Assembly: GCF_017744255.1 (NCBI RefSeq)
Contig: NZ_JAGHQP010000004.1
Location: 20,010 to 52,009, forward strand
Direction of reading: 5' to 3'
DNA length: 32,000 bases
Origin: Brevundimonas sp. A19_0
GTDB taxonomy: Bacteria > Pseudomonadota > Alphaproteobacteria > Caulobacterales > Caulobacteraceae
The notes below the pieces were generated by a model that ran no database searches, had not been told where the DNA came from, and was given only the letters and a program-made list of their open reading frames with translations. Position 1 is the stretch's first letter. Every line of letters starts with the position of its first letter. Positions 14,654 through 23,957 of this stretch are shown one piece after another. The position numbers were made by a program, and so were the translations under genes.

Positions 14654-16165
14654 ATGAGCGCGCCTGCCCGCCCCGCCGATCCGGATGACACGGATCCCGC
14701 CGTCCGCTTCCTGCGGCTGATGAGCCATGAGATGCGCACGCCCCTGAACGGGGTGATCGGCATGCTGGGCCTGCTGTCCGACAGTGGGTTGGACCCGGCG
14801 CAGAAGGCCTATCTGGAGGCGGCCCGAACCTCGGCCGACCATCTGCTGGGGCTGGTCAACGACCTGCTGGACTATGCCCGTCTGGATGCCGGCAGTCTGG
14901 AATTCGACCTCGCCCCCGTGGCCGTCGACGATCTGGTGCGCGGCGTCGCCGAACTGCTCAGCCCCCGGGCCCACGACAAGGGGTTGGAAATCGCCTGGAT
15001 CGTGACGCCCGACGTGCCCCGCGTGCGGGCCGACGAAGGCCGCCTGCGCCAGATCCTGTTCAACCTGGCCGGCAATGCCGTGAAGTTCACGCCATCGGGC
15101 GGGGTGTCGATGGCGGTGTCCGGCACGGATGACGGTGCCCTGGCCTTCGTCGTCGAGGACACCGGACCCGGCGTGCCCGAGGCAGCCCGCGCCCGCATCT
15201 TCGAGGAGTTCGGCCACGCCGACAGTTCCGACGCCACCCGTCACGACGGCGCGGGGCTCGGCCTCGCGGTGGCGCGCAAGCTGGCGCTCGCCATGGGCGG
15301 CAGCCTGTCGGTCGACGACCGCCCCGGCGGCGGGGCCCGGTTCGTCTTCCAAGGCCGTTTCGATCCGGTCCCCGGTGAGGACCGGCCGGCGACGGCCTCC
15401 CTCAAGGGCCTGAGGATCGCGGTGGCAGGCGCCCATCCCTTCACGACGGCGGCCGCAACGGCCATGGCCGAAGCGGCGGGGGCCACATCGGTTGATCCGC
15501 AGCAGGCCGATCTGGTGCTGGTCGATGACGACGGACGCGCGCCGGATGCCGAACTGGCCCCCCGTCCGGACAGCCGCCATGCCGTGATCCTGCTCCGGCC
15601 CGGTCGGCGCGACCGCATCGCCGACTACCGCACCGCCGGCTTCGACGGCTATCTGATCAAACCCCTGCGCCCCGCCTCTCTGGTCGAGCGCGCCCGGGCG
15701 CTGGGCGCCGCTCCCTCCGCCGCCGGACAGCTGGCCGCCGGGCCCGAGGATGACCGCCTCGTCCGCCCGGCCTTCCCCGGCGTGCGGGTGCTGCTGGTGG
15801 AGGACAATCCTGTCGGCGCCCTCCTGGCCACCACCCTGCTGAAGCGGCAAGGCTGTGTGGTTGAGACGGCCGCGGGCGGCGAGGAGGCGCTGGATGCCCT
15901 GACGCGCGCCCGGTTCGATCTGGTGCTGATGGATATGCGCATGCCGGGCATGGATGGCCTGACCGCCACCCGCACGCTGCGTGGGCGAGGGGACAGGACG
16001 CCGGTGCTGGCCCTCACCGCCAATGCCTTTGCCGACGACCGTCGCGCCTGTCTGGACGCCGGCATGGACGACCATCTGACCAAGCCTCTGGGCGTCGAGG
16101 CCCTGATCGCCGCCCTGACCCGCTGGACGAACCCGCCGGAGCGCGCCAAGGTCGCCTCCGCATAG
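14654..16165 (+). CDS. Soluble hybrid histidine kinase with DHp-CA-pseudoreceiver-receiver architecture (ShkA-like)
   Basis: The H-box LMSHEMRTPLNG (His 14726-14728) lies only ~25 aa from the N-terminus, so there is no sensor or TM region. CA motifs are NLAGNAVKFT, VEDTGPGV and GAGLGLAVA. The middle region is degenerate and receiver-like (LVLVDDD...GFDGYLIKPL). The C-terminal receiver is canonical (VLLVEDN...LVLMDMRMPGMDG...LTANA...KPL). Confidence 0.9.
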   Translation: MSAPARPADPDDTDPAVRFLRLMSHEMRTPLNGVIGMLGLLSDSGLDPAQKAYLEAARTSADHLLGLVNDLLDYARLDAGSLEFDLAPVAVDDLVRGVAELLSPRAHDKGLEIAWIVTPDVPRVRADEGRLRQILFNLAGNAVKFTPSGGVSMAVSGTDDGALAFVVEDTGPGVPEAARARIFEEFGHADSSDATRHDGAGLGLAVARKLALAMGGSLSVDDRPGGGARFVFQGRFDPVPGEDRPATASLKGLRIAVAGAHPFTTAAATAMAEAAGATSVDPQQADLVLVDDDGRAPDAELAPRPDSRHAVILLRPGRRDRIADYRTAGFDGYLIKPLRPASLVERARALGAAPSAAGQLAAGPEDDRLVRPAFPGVRVLLVEDNPVGALLATTLLKRQGCVVETAAGGEEALDALTRARFDLVLMDMRMPGMDGLTATRTLRGRGDRTPVLALTANAFADDRRACLDAGMDDHLTKPLGVEALIAALTRWTNPPERAKVASA

Positions 16166-16200
16166 GGACGGTTGTCGCGTCCCCGCAGAGGACGAGCCGC

Positions 16201-17568
16201 ATGACCGACCCCACCGTCGAGACGACGCCACCCAAAAAAGCAGGCACGAGGGACGTCTTCAGGGCGCTCGGGGAGGCCCGCGTCCTGATCACCCTGCTGC
16301 TGGGCTTCGGCTCGGGTCTGCCCTTTCTTCTCACCGGAGCCACGCTGAGCATCTGGCTGGCGGAAGGTGATGTCGCGCTGTCGGCCATCGGCTTCATCTC
16401 CTGGGTCGGTCTGGCCTACTCCTTCAAATTCATCTGGGCCCCGGTCGTGGACCGGTTCGATGTGCCCCTGCTGGGGCGTTTGGGCCGACGGCGCGGCTGG
16501 ATGCTCCTGTCCCAGCTGGTTGTCGGTGGCGCCCTGATCGCCATGGCCATTATCGGTCCCGAAGGCGGTTTGACGGCCCTCGGCATCGCTGCACTTGTGA
16601 CGGCGTTCGCGTCTGCGACGCAGGACATCGTCGTCGACGCCTGGCGGATCGAAAGCGCCGACAACGACGAGGAGATGGGCCTGCTGACCTCCGCCTATCA
16701 ACTCGGCTATCGCTCGGCCATTCTGGCCGGCAACGCCCTGATCCTCTTCTTCGCCAGCTGGGTCGGCTGGAATGGCGCCTATGCGATCTGGGGCGCCGCA
16801 ATGGCCATTGCCGTTGTCGCCACCCTGTTTGCAAAGGAACCGGTTGACCGACGCGAGATTGCCGCCGTGACCGGGGGCGCAGCCCCCTGGACCCCGCGCG
16901 GCATGTTCGATGTCGTCGTGGGTCCCTTCCTCAGCTTTCTCAAGACGCACAAGACCGCGGCCCTGCTGATGCTGGCCGCCATCAGCCTGTATCGCCTGCC
17001 CGACTTCGTGATGGGGCCGATGGTGGGGCCCTTCTACATCGACCTCGGCCTCACCAAGGAAGCGATCGGCGCCATGCGGCTGAGTGTCGGCCTGGTGGCC
17101 GCCTTCGTTGGCATTGCCGCAGGTGGACTGAGTGCGGTCCGCTTCGGCTTTGGAGCAACCCTGCTGGTCGGGGCCCTGATCGGGCCGATGTCCAACCTCG
17201 GCTACACGATCATGGCGGTGGTCGGCCTGTCGACACCGACCTTCGCGGGCGTCCTCTTCGTGGAGAACTTCTCGGAAGGCTTCGCCGGCGCCGCGCTGGT
17301 CGCCTACATGTCCAGCCTGACAAGCATCGGCTACACGGCCACCCAATATGCCCTGCTCAGTTCCTTCTATGCCTTGCTCGGCAAGTTCCTGAAGGGCTTC
17401 TCGGGGGTGGCCGTCGAGGGCCTGCAGCAGGGTCATTCCCTGATGACCGCCTACGCCCTGTTCTTTGCCGGCACGGCGATCGTCGGCATCCCGGCCGTCG
17501 TCCTGTGCTGGTTCCTGGAACGTCGAAACCAGCGGCTGAAGCGTGAGGCGGGCGTGGCGCCCGGCTAG
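16201..17568 (+). CDS. ampG: AmpG-family MFS permease (muropeptide transporter)
   Basis: LLLGFGSGLPFLLTGATLSIWLAE...YSFKFIWAPVVDRF...LGRRRGWMLLSQ is the AmpG signature. Multiple hydrophobic helices are present. Confidence 0.85.
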   Translation: MTDPTVETTPPKKAGTRDVFRALGEARVLITLLLGFGSGLPFLLTGATLSIWLAEGDVALSAIGFISWVGLAYSFKFIWAPVVDRFDVPLLGRLGRRRGWMLLSQLVVGGALIAMAIIGPEGGLTALGIAALVTAFASATQDIVVDAWRIESADNDEEMGLLTSAYQLGYRSAILAGNALILFFASWVGWNGAYAIWGAAMAIAVVATLFAKEPVDRREIAAVTGGAAPWTPRGMFDVVVGPFLSFLKTHKTAALLMLAAISLYRLPDFVMGPMVGPFYIDLGLTKEAIGAMRLSVGLVAAFVGIAAGGLSAVRFGFGATLLVGALIGPMSNLGYTIMAVVGLSTPTFAGVLFVENFSEGFAGAALVAYMSSLTSIGYTATQYALLSSFYALLGKFLKGFSGVAVEGLQQGHSLMTAYALFFAGTAIVGIPAVVLCWFLERRNQRLKREAGVAPG

Positions 17569-19844
17569 CCCTCCTCGCTCGCGCCCTCGTCATAGGCGGC
17601 GAAGGTGGCGGCGGTCATGATCTCGCTGACCGAGGCGCCCAGGCTGACGATCTGGACCGACTTCTCGAGGCCGACCAGCATCGGCCCGATCACGGTGGCC
17701 CCGCCCAGCGCCTCGACCAGCCGGGTCGAGATCGAGGCCGAGTGGATGCCCGGCATGACCAGCACATTGGCATCGCCGGTCAGGCGCATGAACGGATAGG
17801 ACGAGCGCGCCTCGGGATCGAGCGCCAGCTCGGCCGGCATTTCGCCCTCGTATTCGAAATCGACGCCCTTCTGGTCGAGGATGCGGATGGCCTCGCGCAC
17901 CTGTTCGCTGCGGTCGCCCGGCGGGTTGCCGAAGGTCGAATAGCTGAGGAAGGCGACGCGGGTCGTGCGGCCCAGCTTGCGCACCGTGGCGGCGGCCTGG
18001 ATGGCGATCTCGGCCAGCTCGGTGGCATTCGGCAGCTCGTGGATCGAGGTGTCGGCCACGAACAGGGTGCGCCCGCGCGCCAGCAGTACCGACAGGCCGA
18101 TCAGCCGGTCGCGGACGTCCAGCACGCGCCGGACCTCCTTGAGCACCATGTTGAAGTTCCGCGTGGTGCCGGTCACCACCGCGTCGGCGTCACCGCGCGC
18201 GACCATGGTGGCTGCGAAATAGTTGCGGTCCTGGTTGATCATCCGCTGCACGTCGCGGCGCAGATAGCCGCGCCGCTGCAGGCGCCCGTACAGCCAGTCG
18301 GTATAGGCGTCGTTCTTGTCCGAGATGCGGGCGTTGACGATCTCGATGTCCAGATCGTCGAAATTCAGCCCGGCCTCGGCGGCATTCTTGCGGATCAGGT
18401 CCTCGCGGCCCAGCAGGACCGGCGTGCCCAGCTCGGCCTGCTTGAAGGCCCAGGCGGCGCGGATGACCGAGGTCTCCTCGCCCTCGGCGAACACCACCCG
18501 CTTGTTGGGGGCGGCGCGCACGGCCGAGGCGATTTTCTGCATCAGGGCGGCGGACGGATCGACCCGCTGGCGCAGGGCGATGCGATACGCCTCCATGTCC
18601 TCGATCGGCTGGCGGGCCACGCCGGTGTCCATGGCGGCCTGGGCCACGAAGGGCGGAATGTACCAGATCAGCCGCGGGTCGAACGGCGTGGGAATAATGT
18701 ACTCGGGGCCGAACTTCAGCTTGCGACCGGAATAGGCGGCGGCCACCTCGTCGGGCACATCCTCGCGCGCCAGCATGGCCAGGGCGTAGGCGCAGGCGAT
18801 CTTCATCTCGTGATTGACGGTGCGTGCCCGCACGTCCAGCGCCCCCCGGAAGATGTAGGGAAAGCCCAGCACATTGTTGACCTGGTTCACATAGTCCGAC
18901 CGGCCGGTGGCCATGATGGCGTCCGAGCGGACGCTCATCACATCCTCGGGCGTGATCTCCGGGTCGGGATTGGCCATGGCGAAGATGATCGGATTGGCCG
19001 CCATCGAGGCCACCATCTCCTTGGTGATCGCGCCCTTGGCCGACAGGCCCAGCACCACATCGGCGCCGACCATGGCTTCGGCCAGCGTCCGGTGCGGGGT
19101 GTCGGTGGCGTGCGCCGCCTTCCACTGGTCGACGTTCTCGCGACCCTTGTAGACCACACCGTCGCGGTCGACGATCACCGTGTTCTCGGCCTTGACCCCG
19201 ACGGCCTTCATCAGCCCGATCGACGACAGGCCCGCCGCCCCGGCCCCGGCCAGCACCACCTTGATGTCTTCCAGCTTCTTGCCGGTGATGTGACAGGCGT
19301 TGATCAGGCCGGCGGTCGAGATAATGGCCGTGCCGTGCTGGTCATCGTGAAACACCGGAATGTCCAGCAGGTCCTGCAGCTGGCTCTCGATCACGAAGCA
19401 TTCCGGCGAGCGGATATCCTCCAGATTGATGCCGCCCCAGGTGTCGCCGATGTTCTTGACGACGGTGACGAACTCGTCCGGATCGGTGGTCTTCACCTCG
19501 ACGTCAAAGCTGTCGACGTCGGCGAACCGTTTGAACAGGACCGACTTGCCCTCCATCACCGGCTTGGAGGCCATATGCCCCAGATTGCCGAGGCCGAGGA
19601 TGGCGGTGCCGTTCGAGATGACGGCGACCAGATTGCCCTTGGACGTATAGTCATAGGCCCGGTCGGCATCGTCGGCGATGGCCAGCACCGGCACCGCGAC
19701 CCCCGGCGAATAGGCCAGCGACAGATCCCTCTGGGTCGCCATGGGCTTGGTCGGCGCCATGGAAATCTTGCCCGGCACGGGATCGCTGTGAAACTCCAGC
19801 GCGTCGGTGTCGGAGAAGGTCTGTTTGTCGGTCAGGTCGGGCAT
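17565..19844 (-). CDS. maeB: NADP-dependent malic enzyme (malic enzyme domain plus PTA-like C-terminal domain)
   Basis: DLSLAYSPGVA, INLEDI, VFHDDQHGTAII and LAGAGAAG identify the enzyme, along with a C-terminal phosphate-acetyltransferase-like domain (~760 aa). The likely start is ATG 19844 (MPDLTDKQ); the track opens at 19904. Confidence 0.9.
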   Translation of the reverse strand: MPDLTDKQTFSDTDALEFHSDPVPGKISMAPTKPMATQRDLSLAYSPGVAVPVLAIADDADRAYDYTSKGNLVAVISNGTAILGLGNLGHMASKPVMEGKSVLFKRFADVDSFDVEVKTTDPDEFVTVVKNIGDTWGGINLEDIRSPECFVIESQLQDLLDIPVFHDDQHGTAIISTAGLINACHITGKKLEDIKVVLAGAGAAGLSSIGLMKAVGVKAENTVIVDRDGVVYKGRENVDQWKAAHATDTPHRTLAEAMVGADVVLGLSAKGAITKEMVASMAANPIIFAMANPDPEITPEDVMSVRSDAIMATGRSDYVNQVNNVLGFPYIFRGALDVRARTVNHEMKIACAYALAMLAREDVPDEVAAAYSGRKLKFGPEYIIPTPFDPRLIWYIPPFVAQAAMDTGVARQPIEDMEAYRIALRQRVDPSAALMQKIASAVRAAPNKRVVFAEGEETSVIRAAWAFKQAELGTPVLLGREDLIRKNAAEAGLNFDDLDIEIVNARISDKNDAYTDWLYGRLQRRGYLRRDVQRMINQDRNYFAATMVARGDADAVVTGTTRNFNMVLKEVRRVLDVRDRLIGLSVLLARGRTLFVADTSIHELPNATELAEIAIQAAATVRKLGRTTRVAFLSYSTFGNPPGDRSEQVREAIRILDQKGVDFEYEGEMPAELALDPEARSSYPFMRLTGDANVLVMPGIHSASISTRLVEALGGATVIGPMLVGLEKSVQIVSLGASVSEIMTAATFAAYDEGASEEG

Positions 19845-19947
19845 GAGGTCGTTTCGATCAGAGAGGAAGGCGGCGATCCTAGAGGGCGGGTGCCGCGCAA
19901 ACAACGGCAGCGAGGCCGGATTTGACGTAACGACAGGGGGGCAGCGG

Positions 19948-20793
19948 TTACAGGGCCAGCGTCCCTGTCCCCTCCAGCTCGACCGGCCCGGTCATGAAGA
20001 CGTGGCCGCTGTCGGCGTCCCAGCGGATGTCGAGGTCGCCTCCGTCCAGCGTCAGGGTGGCGGTCCGTCCGGTCAGGCCGCGCCGGTGGGCGGCTACCAG
20101 GGCGGCACAGGCCCCGGTGCCACAGGCCTGCGTCAGGCCCGCCCCGCGCTCCCAGACCCTGAGGCGGATGTGATCCGGGGCCAGTACATGGGCAAAGCCG
20201 ACGTTCACGCCTTCCGGAAACAGCGGATGATGTTCGATCAGCGAGCCGGCCCCACGCACAAAGGCGTCGTCCTGCCGGTCGGTAAAGAAGACCACATGCG
20301 GATTGCCCATCGACACCGCCCCGGGTGTGTGGATCACCGGCGCGTCGACCGGCCCGATCTGCAGCTCAATGCCGCGCGTGTCCATCTCCTCGGCCAGCGG
20401 GATCTGCTGCCACGCCAGCCGCGGTTCGCCCATGTCGATCTCGATGCGGTGGTCGCCGGCCCGCCGCGCCACGGTCGCCCCGCCCAGGGTGCCGATCACC
20501 GCCCGGCCCTGCTCCGAGGCCTCCAACAGCAGCCAGCCGACGCAGCGCAGGGCATTGCCGCAGGTCTCGACCTTGCCGCCGTCGGCATTCCAGACCCGCA
20601 TGAAGGCGGTCTGACCCGCCTCTGCCGGCGGCTCGATGACGATCAGCTGGTCACAGCCCGGGCCGGTGGCCGGATCGGACAGGCGCCGCACCGTATCGGC
20701 ATCGAGATCGAAGCCCGGCGCATCGGCGCGCAGGACGATGAAGGCGTTTCCCGCCCCGTTCATCTTCAGATACGGCATTCCGCGCGCGCTCAT
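19948..20793 (-). CDS. dapF: Diaminopimelate epimerase
   Basis: YLKMNGAGNAF is present, and the catalytic Cys motifs are ETCGNALRC and QACGTGACA. Start is ATG 20793 or 20778 (MPYLKMNG). The track's longer N-terminus is unlikely. Confidence 0.9.
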   Translation of the reverse strand: MSARGMPYLKMNGAGNAFIVLRADAPGFDLDADTVRRLSDPATGPGCDQLIVIEPPAEAGQTAFMRVWNADGGKVETCGNALRCVGWLLLEASEQGRAVIGTLGGATVARRAGDHRIEIDMGEPRLAWQQIPLAEEMDTRGIELQIGPVDAPVIHTPGAVSMGNPHVVFFTDRQDDAFVRGAGSLIEHHPLFPEGVNVGFAHVLAPDHIRLRVWERGAGLTQACGTGACAALVAAHRRGLTGRTATLTLDGGDLDIRWDADSGHVFMTGPVELEGTGTLAL

Positions 20794-20884
20794 GCCCTGC
20801 CTATAGGCCAGCCATGGCCGGTGTGCGAGCGTCCGGCCCATCACGAACGGTTTGCACGGGCGGCCATCCGCGCTATCGCAGGGC

Positions 20885-21694
20885 ATGGCCTCCGAGACGA
20901 GCTCCCCAGACTCCCATCGCGGCTGGCGCATCCGGGCCAGGCTCAGGGCCCTCTATCATGGCCAGTCCCGTCAAGCGGTGCGCTTCCGCTACGGGGTGCT
21001 GGTCATCGATCTGGCCATCATCGCCTTCTTCGTCGCCGCCCCGGTCATGCGCGGCCAGAACCTGGGCTGGCTCTTCTATGTCCTCGACTATGTGATCGCC
21101 GCCCTTCTGGCCGCCGACCTGCTGGCCCGGGCCATGGCCTGGACCGACATCCGCTCGTGGCTGAAGCGGCCGGTGGTCTGGGCGGACCTGTTCATTCTGG
21201 CGACCCTGCTGTTCCCCGCCTGGCTGTTCAACTTCGGCTTCCTCCGGGTCATTCGCCTGTGGACCCTGATCAACTCCGACTTCTTCTGGCGGACGGTCGG
21301 TCGGAAGTATGACGACACCCATGTCGAGGATGTGATCAAGGCGCTGGCGGCGCTGGTCACCTTCATCTTCGTGGCGACGGGGTTCGTCTATACGGCCTTC
21401 GTCGGCACCCATGAGGGCCTGACCGGCTATGTCGACGCCCTCTATTATACGGTCACCAGCCTGACCACGACCGGCTATGGCGACATCCTGCTGCCCGGCG
21501 CCTGGGGGCGGATCGTGTCGATCATCATCATGCTGACGGGCGTGACCCTGTTTGTCCGGCTGGGCCAGACCCTGCTGCGCCCGCCCAAGGTGCACCACCC
21601 CTGTCCCAACTGCGGCCTGCAGCGGCACGACCCCGATGCGGTGCACTGCAAGGCCTGCGGTCAGGGCCTGTGCATCCCGAACTACGAGGTCTGA
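20885..21694 (+). CDS. Potassium channel family protein with a C-terminal CxxC...CxxC zinc-ribbon tail
   Basis: The selectivity filter is TSLTTTGYGD. Flanking TM helices are present, and an S4-like segment is FLRVIRLWTLI. The C-terminus is HHPCPNCGLQRHDPDAVHCKACGQG. The start is probably ATG 20885, divergent from dapF. Confidence 0.8.
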   Translation: MASETSSPDSHRGWRIRARLRALYHGQSRQAVRFRYGVLVIDLAIIAFFVAAPVMRGQNLGWLFYVLDYVIAALLAADLLARAMAWTDIRSWLKRPVVWADLFILATLLFPAWLFNFGFLRVIRLWTLINSDFFWRTVGRKYDDTHVEDVIKALAALVTFIFVATGFVYTAFVGTHEGLTGYVDALYYTVTSLTTTGYGDILLPGAWGRIVSIIIMLTGVTLFVRLGQTLLRPPKVHHPCPNCGLQRHDPDAVHCKACGQGLCIPNYEV

Positions 21695-21792
21695 ACCGGC
21701 AACGGATGACGAAACCGTAATGAACGGGGCCATGGCTTGTCGTCGCCCCCTGCCCGGGTAAGGTGCCCCACCCCCGCCCGGAGACCCCGTCC

Positions 21793-23940
21793 ATGCTTCG
21801 TCGCACCCTGACTGCCCTCGCCCTGACCCTGCCGCTGTCGCTGGTGGCGGCCCCCGTTTTTGCCCAGAGCGCTTCCGACCCGACCATGACCGCACCCGCC
21901 GATGCCGACGATCCCTACCTCTGGCTGGAAGAGGTCGAGGGCGAGCGCGCCATGGCCTGGGTCGAGGAACAGAACGCCCGCTCGCTGGGCATTCTGACGG
22001 GGGATCCGCGCTATCAGGGCCTGCACGATCAGGCGCTGGCGTTGCTGGAGGCGCGCGACCGCATCCCCTCGCCGGGCTTCCGCCGCGCGGGTGGCGTCGA
22101 GATGATCGACAATTTCTGGCAGGACGCGGACCATGTGCGCGGCATCTGGCGCACCACCACGGTCGACAGCTACGCCACCGACGATCCCCAGTGGGAAACA
22201 GTTCTGGACTTCGACGCTCTGGCCGCCGCCGAGGGCGCCAACTGGGTCTACAAGGGCGCCGGCTGCCTGCCGCCCGACGGACGGCTGTGCCTGGTCAATC
22301 TGTCGGACGGCGGCAAGGACGCCGTCACCGTGCGCGAGTTCGACCGCGAGACCGGCCAGTTCATCGCGGGCGGCATCACCCTGCCGGAATCCAAGGGCGG
22401 GGTGTCGTGGATCGACGCCGACACCTTGCTGGTCTCGCGCGACTTCGGCGAAGGCTCCCTGACCGATTCCGGCTATCCGCGTACCGTGCGCCTGCTGACG
22501 CGCGGCCAGTCGATCGAGGACGCCCCGGTGGTGTTCGAAGGCCGGCAGACCGACGTCTCGGTCAGCGGCTTCACCCTGCGCGATTCCGATGGCGTGGTGC
22601 AGGCCGTGCTGCTCAACCGCGGCATCAACTTCTATGAGAGCGAGACCTGGCTGCTGAACGCGGACGGCACGACCCGTCAGCTGGCCCTGCCGCTCAAGGG
22701 GGGCATCACCGCCCTGGTCGACGGCCAGCTGATCGTGACCACGGATCAGGACTGGACCGCCCCGTCCGGGCAAGAGTTCAGGACCGGCGACGTGCTGGCG
22801 TACGACCTTGCTGCCTGGCTGGCCGATCCGACGGTCGAGGCCCATCTGGTCATCCGCCCCGGCCCGCGCGAGTCGATCGAGGGCATCACCGCCACCCGCA
22901 ACCGTCTGGTCGTGGCCCTGTTCGAGAACGTCCGGGGCGCCGTCTATGTCTATGACCCCTCGGACTGGAGCCGCACGCGGCTGGACCTGCCCGAGAACGT
23001 CACCGTCGGCGTCGGCTCGGCGTCGGATATGGACGACCGAGTGTTCGTCAGCGTCGCCGGCTATCTGAACCCGCAGTCCCTGTGGCTGTTCGACGCCTCG
23101 ACCGGCGAGGGTGAGGTGATCAAGTCCCTGCCGGCCAAGTTCAATGCCGACGGCCTTGAGGTCCGCCAGTTCGAGGCGGTGTCCGCCGACGGCACCCGCA
23201 TCCCCTATTTTGTCGTCGGCCGGTCGGACATGCCGATGGACGGCTCCAACCCGACGCTGCTGTACGGCTATGGCGGCTTCCAGGTGTCGATGCTGCCCGG
23301 CTATTCGGCCACGGTCGGCAAGCTGTGGCTGGAGCGCGGCGGCGTCTATGTCGTCGCCAACACACGCGGCGGCGGCGAATTCGGTCCCACCTGGCACCAG
23401 TCAGCCCAGGGCGTGAACCGCCAGCGCGCGCATGAGGACTTCCAGGCCGTGGCGCTCGACCTGATCGACCGGGGCATCACCAGCCAGCCGCGCCTCGGCA
23501 TCATGGGCGGCAGCCAGGGCGGCCTGTTCATGGGTGCGATGCTGACCCAGCGCCCGGACCTGATCAACGCCGCGGTCATCCAGGTGCCCCTGTTCGACAT
23601 GCTGCGCTTCCACAAGCTGTTGGCCGGGGCCTCGTGGATCGCCGAATACGGCAACCCGGATATCCCCGAAGAGCGCGAATGGATCGCCGCCTATTCGCCC
23701 TACCAGAATCTGCGCGCGGGCCAGCCCTATCCCGAGGTCTTCATCCACACCTCGACCAAGGACGACCGCGTCCATCCCGGCCATGCGCGCAAGGCCGCCG
23801 CCCGCATGGAAGAGCTGGGCTATGACGTCCTCTTCTATGAGAACACCGACGGGGGCCACGCCGCCGGCGCCAATCTGCGGGAAACCGCCCGGCGTCTGGC
23901 GCTGGAATACACCTATCTGACCCGCCGCCTGATGGACTGA
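21793..23940 (+). CDS. Prolyl oligopeptidase family (S9) serine peptidase, secreted
   Basis: Signal peptide MLRRTLTALALTLPLSLVAAPVFAQS. Catalytic triad context: GIMGGSQGG (Ser), TSTKDDRVHPGHARK (Asp), GGHAAG (His). Confidence 0.85.
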   Translation: MLRRTLTALALTLPLSLVAAPVFAQSASDPTMTAPADADDPYLWLEEVEGERAMAWVEEQNARSLGILTGDPRYQGLHDQALALLEARDRIPSPGFRRAGGVEMIDNFWQDADHVRGIWRTTTVDSYATDDPQWETVLDFDALAAAEGANWVYKGAGCLPPDGRLCLVNLSDGGKDAVTVREFDRETGQFIAGGITLPESKGGVSWIDADTLLVSRDFGEGSLTDSGYPRTVRLLTRGQSIEDAPVVFEGRQTDVSVSGFTLRDSDGVVQAVLLNRGINFYESETWLLNADGTTRQLALPLKGGITALVDGQLIVTTDQDWTAPSGQEFRTGDVLAYDLAAWLADPTVEAHLVIRPGPRESIEGITATRNRLVVALFENVRGAVYVYDPSDWSRTRLDLPENVTVGVGSASDMDDRVFVSVAGYLNPQSLWLFDASTGEGEVIKSLPAKFNADGLEVRQFEAVSADGTRIPYFVVGRSDMPMDGSNPTLLYGYGGFQVSMLPGYSATVGKLWLERGGVYVVANTRGGGEFGPTWHQSAQGVNRQRAHEDFQAVALDLIDRGITSQPRLGIMGGSQGGLFMGAMLTQRPDLINAAVIQVPLFDMLRFHKLLAGASWIAEYGNPDIPEEREWIAAYSPYQNLRAGQPYPEVFIHTSTKDDRVHPGHARKAAARMEELGYDVLFYENTDGGHAAGANLRETARRLALEYTYLTRRLMD

Positions 23941-23957
23941 CCGTCCGGGAGTAGCTG

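Noticed and set aside
16166-16200. Short hairpin GGGACG-n7-CGTCCC after the histidine kinase gene as a terminator
   Set aside because: The stem is only 6 bp, there is no T-tract, and the ampG start codon is ~20 nt downstream. The two genes are more likely co-transcribed.
14627-17436. 534-aa and 595-aa minus-strand ORFs (14627..16231, 15649..17436)
   Set aside because: They are antisense to a clearly recognisable hybrid histidine kinase and to ampG. Their composition is dominated by G, R, A, Q and P, and no motifs are present.
17742-19925. 727-aa plus-strand ORF
   Set aside because: It is antisense to maeB, whose motifs are unambiguous. It is a low-complexity, G/R/D/H-rich shadow ORF.
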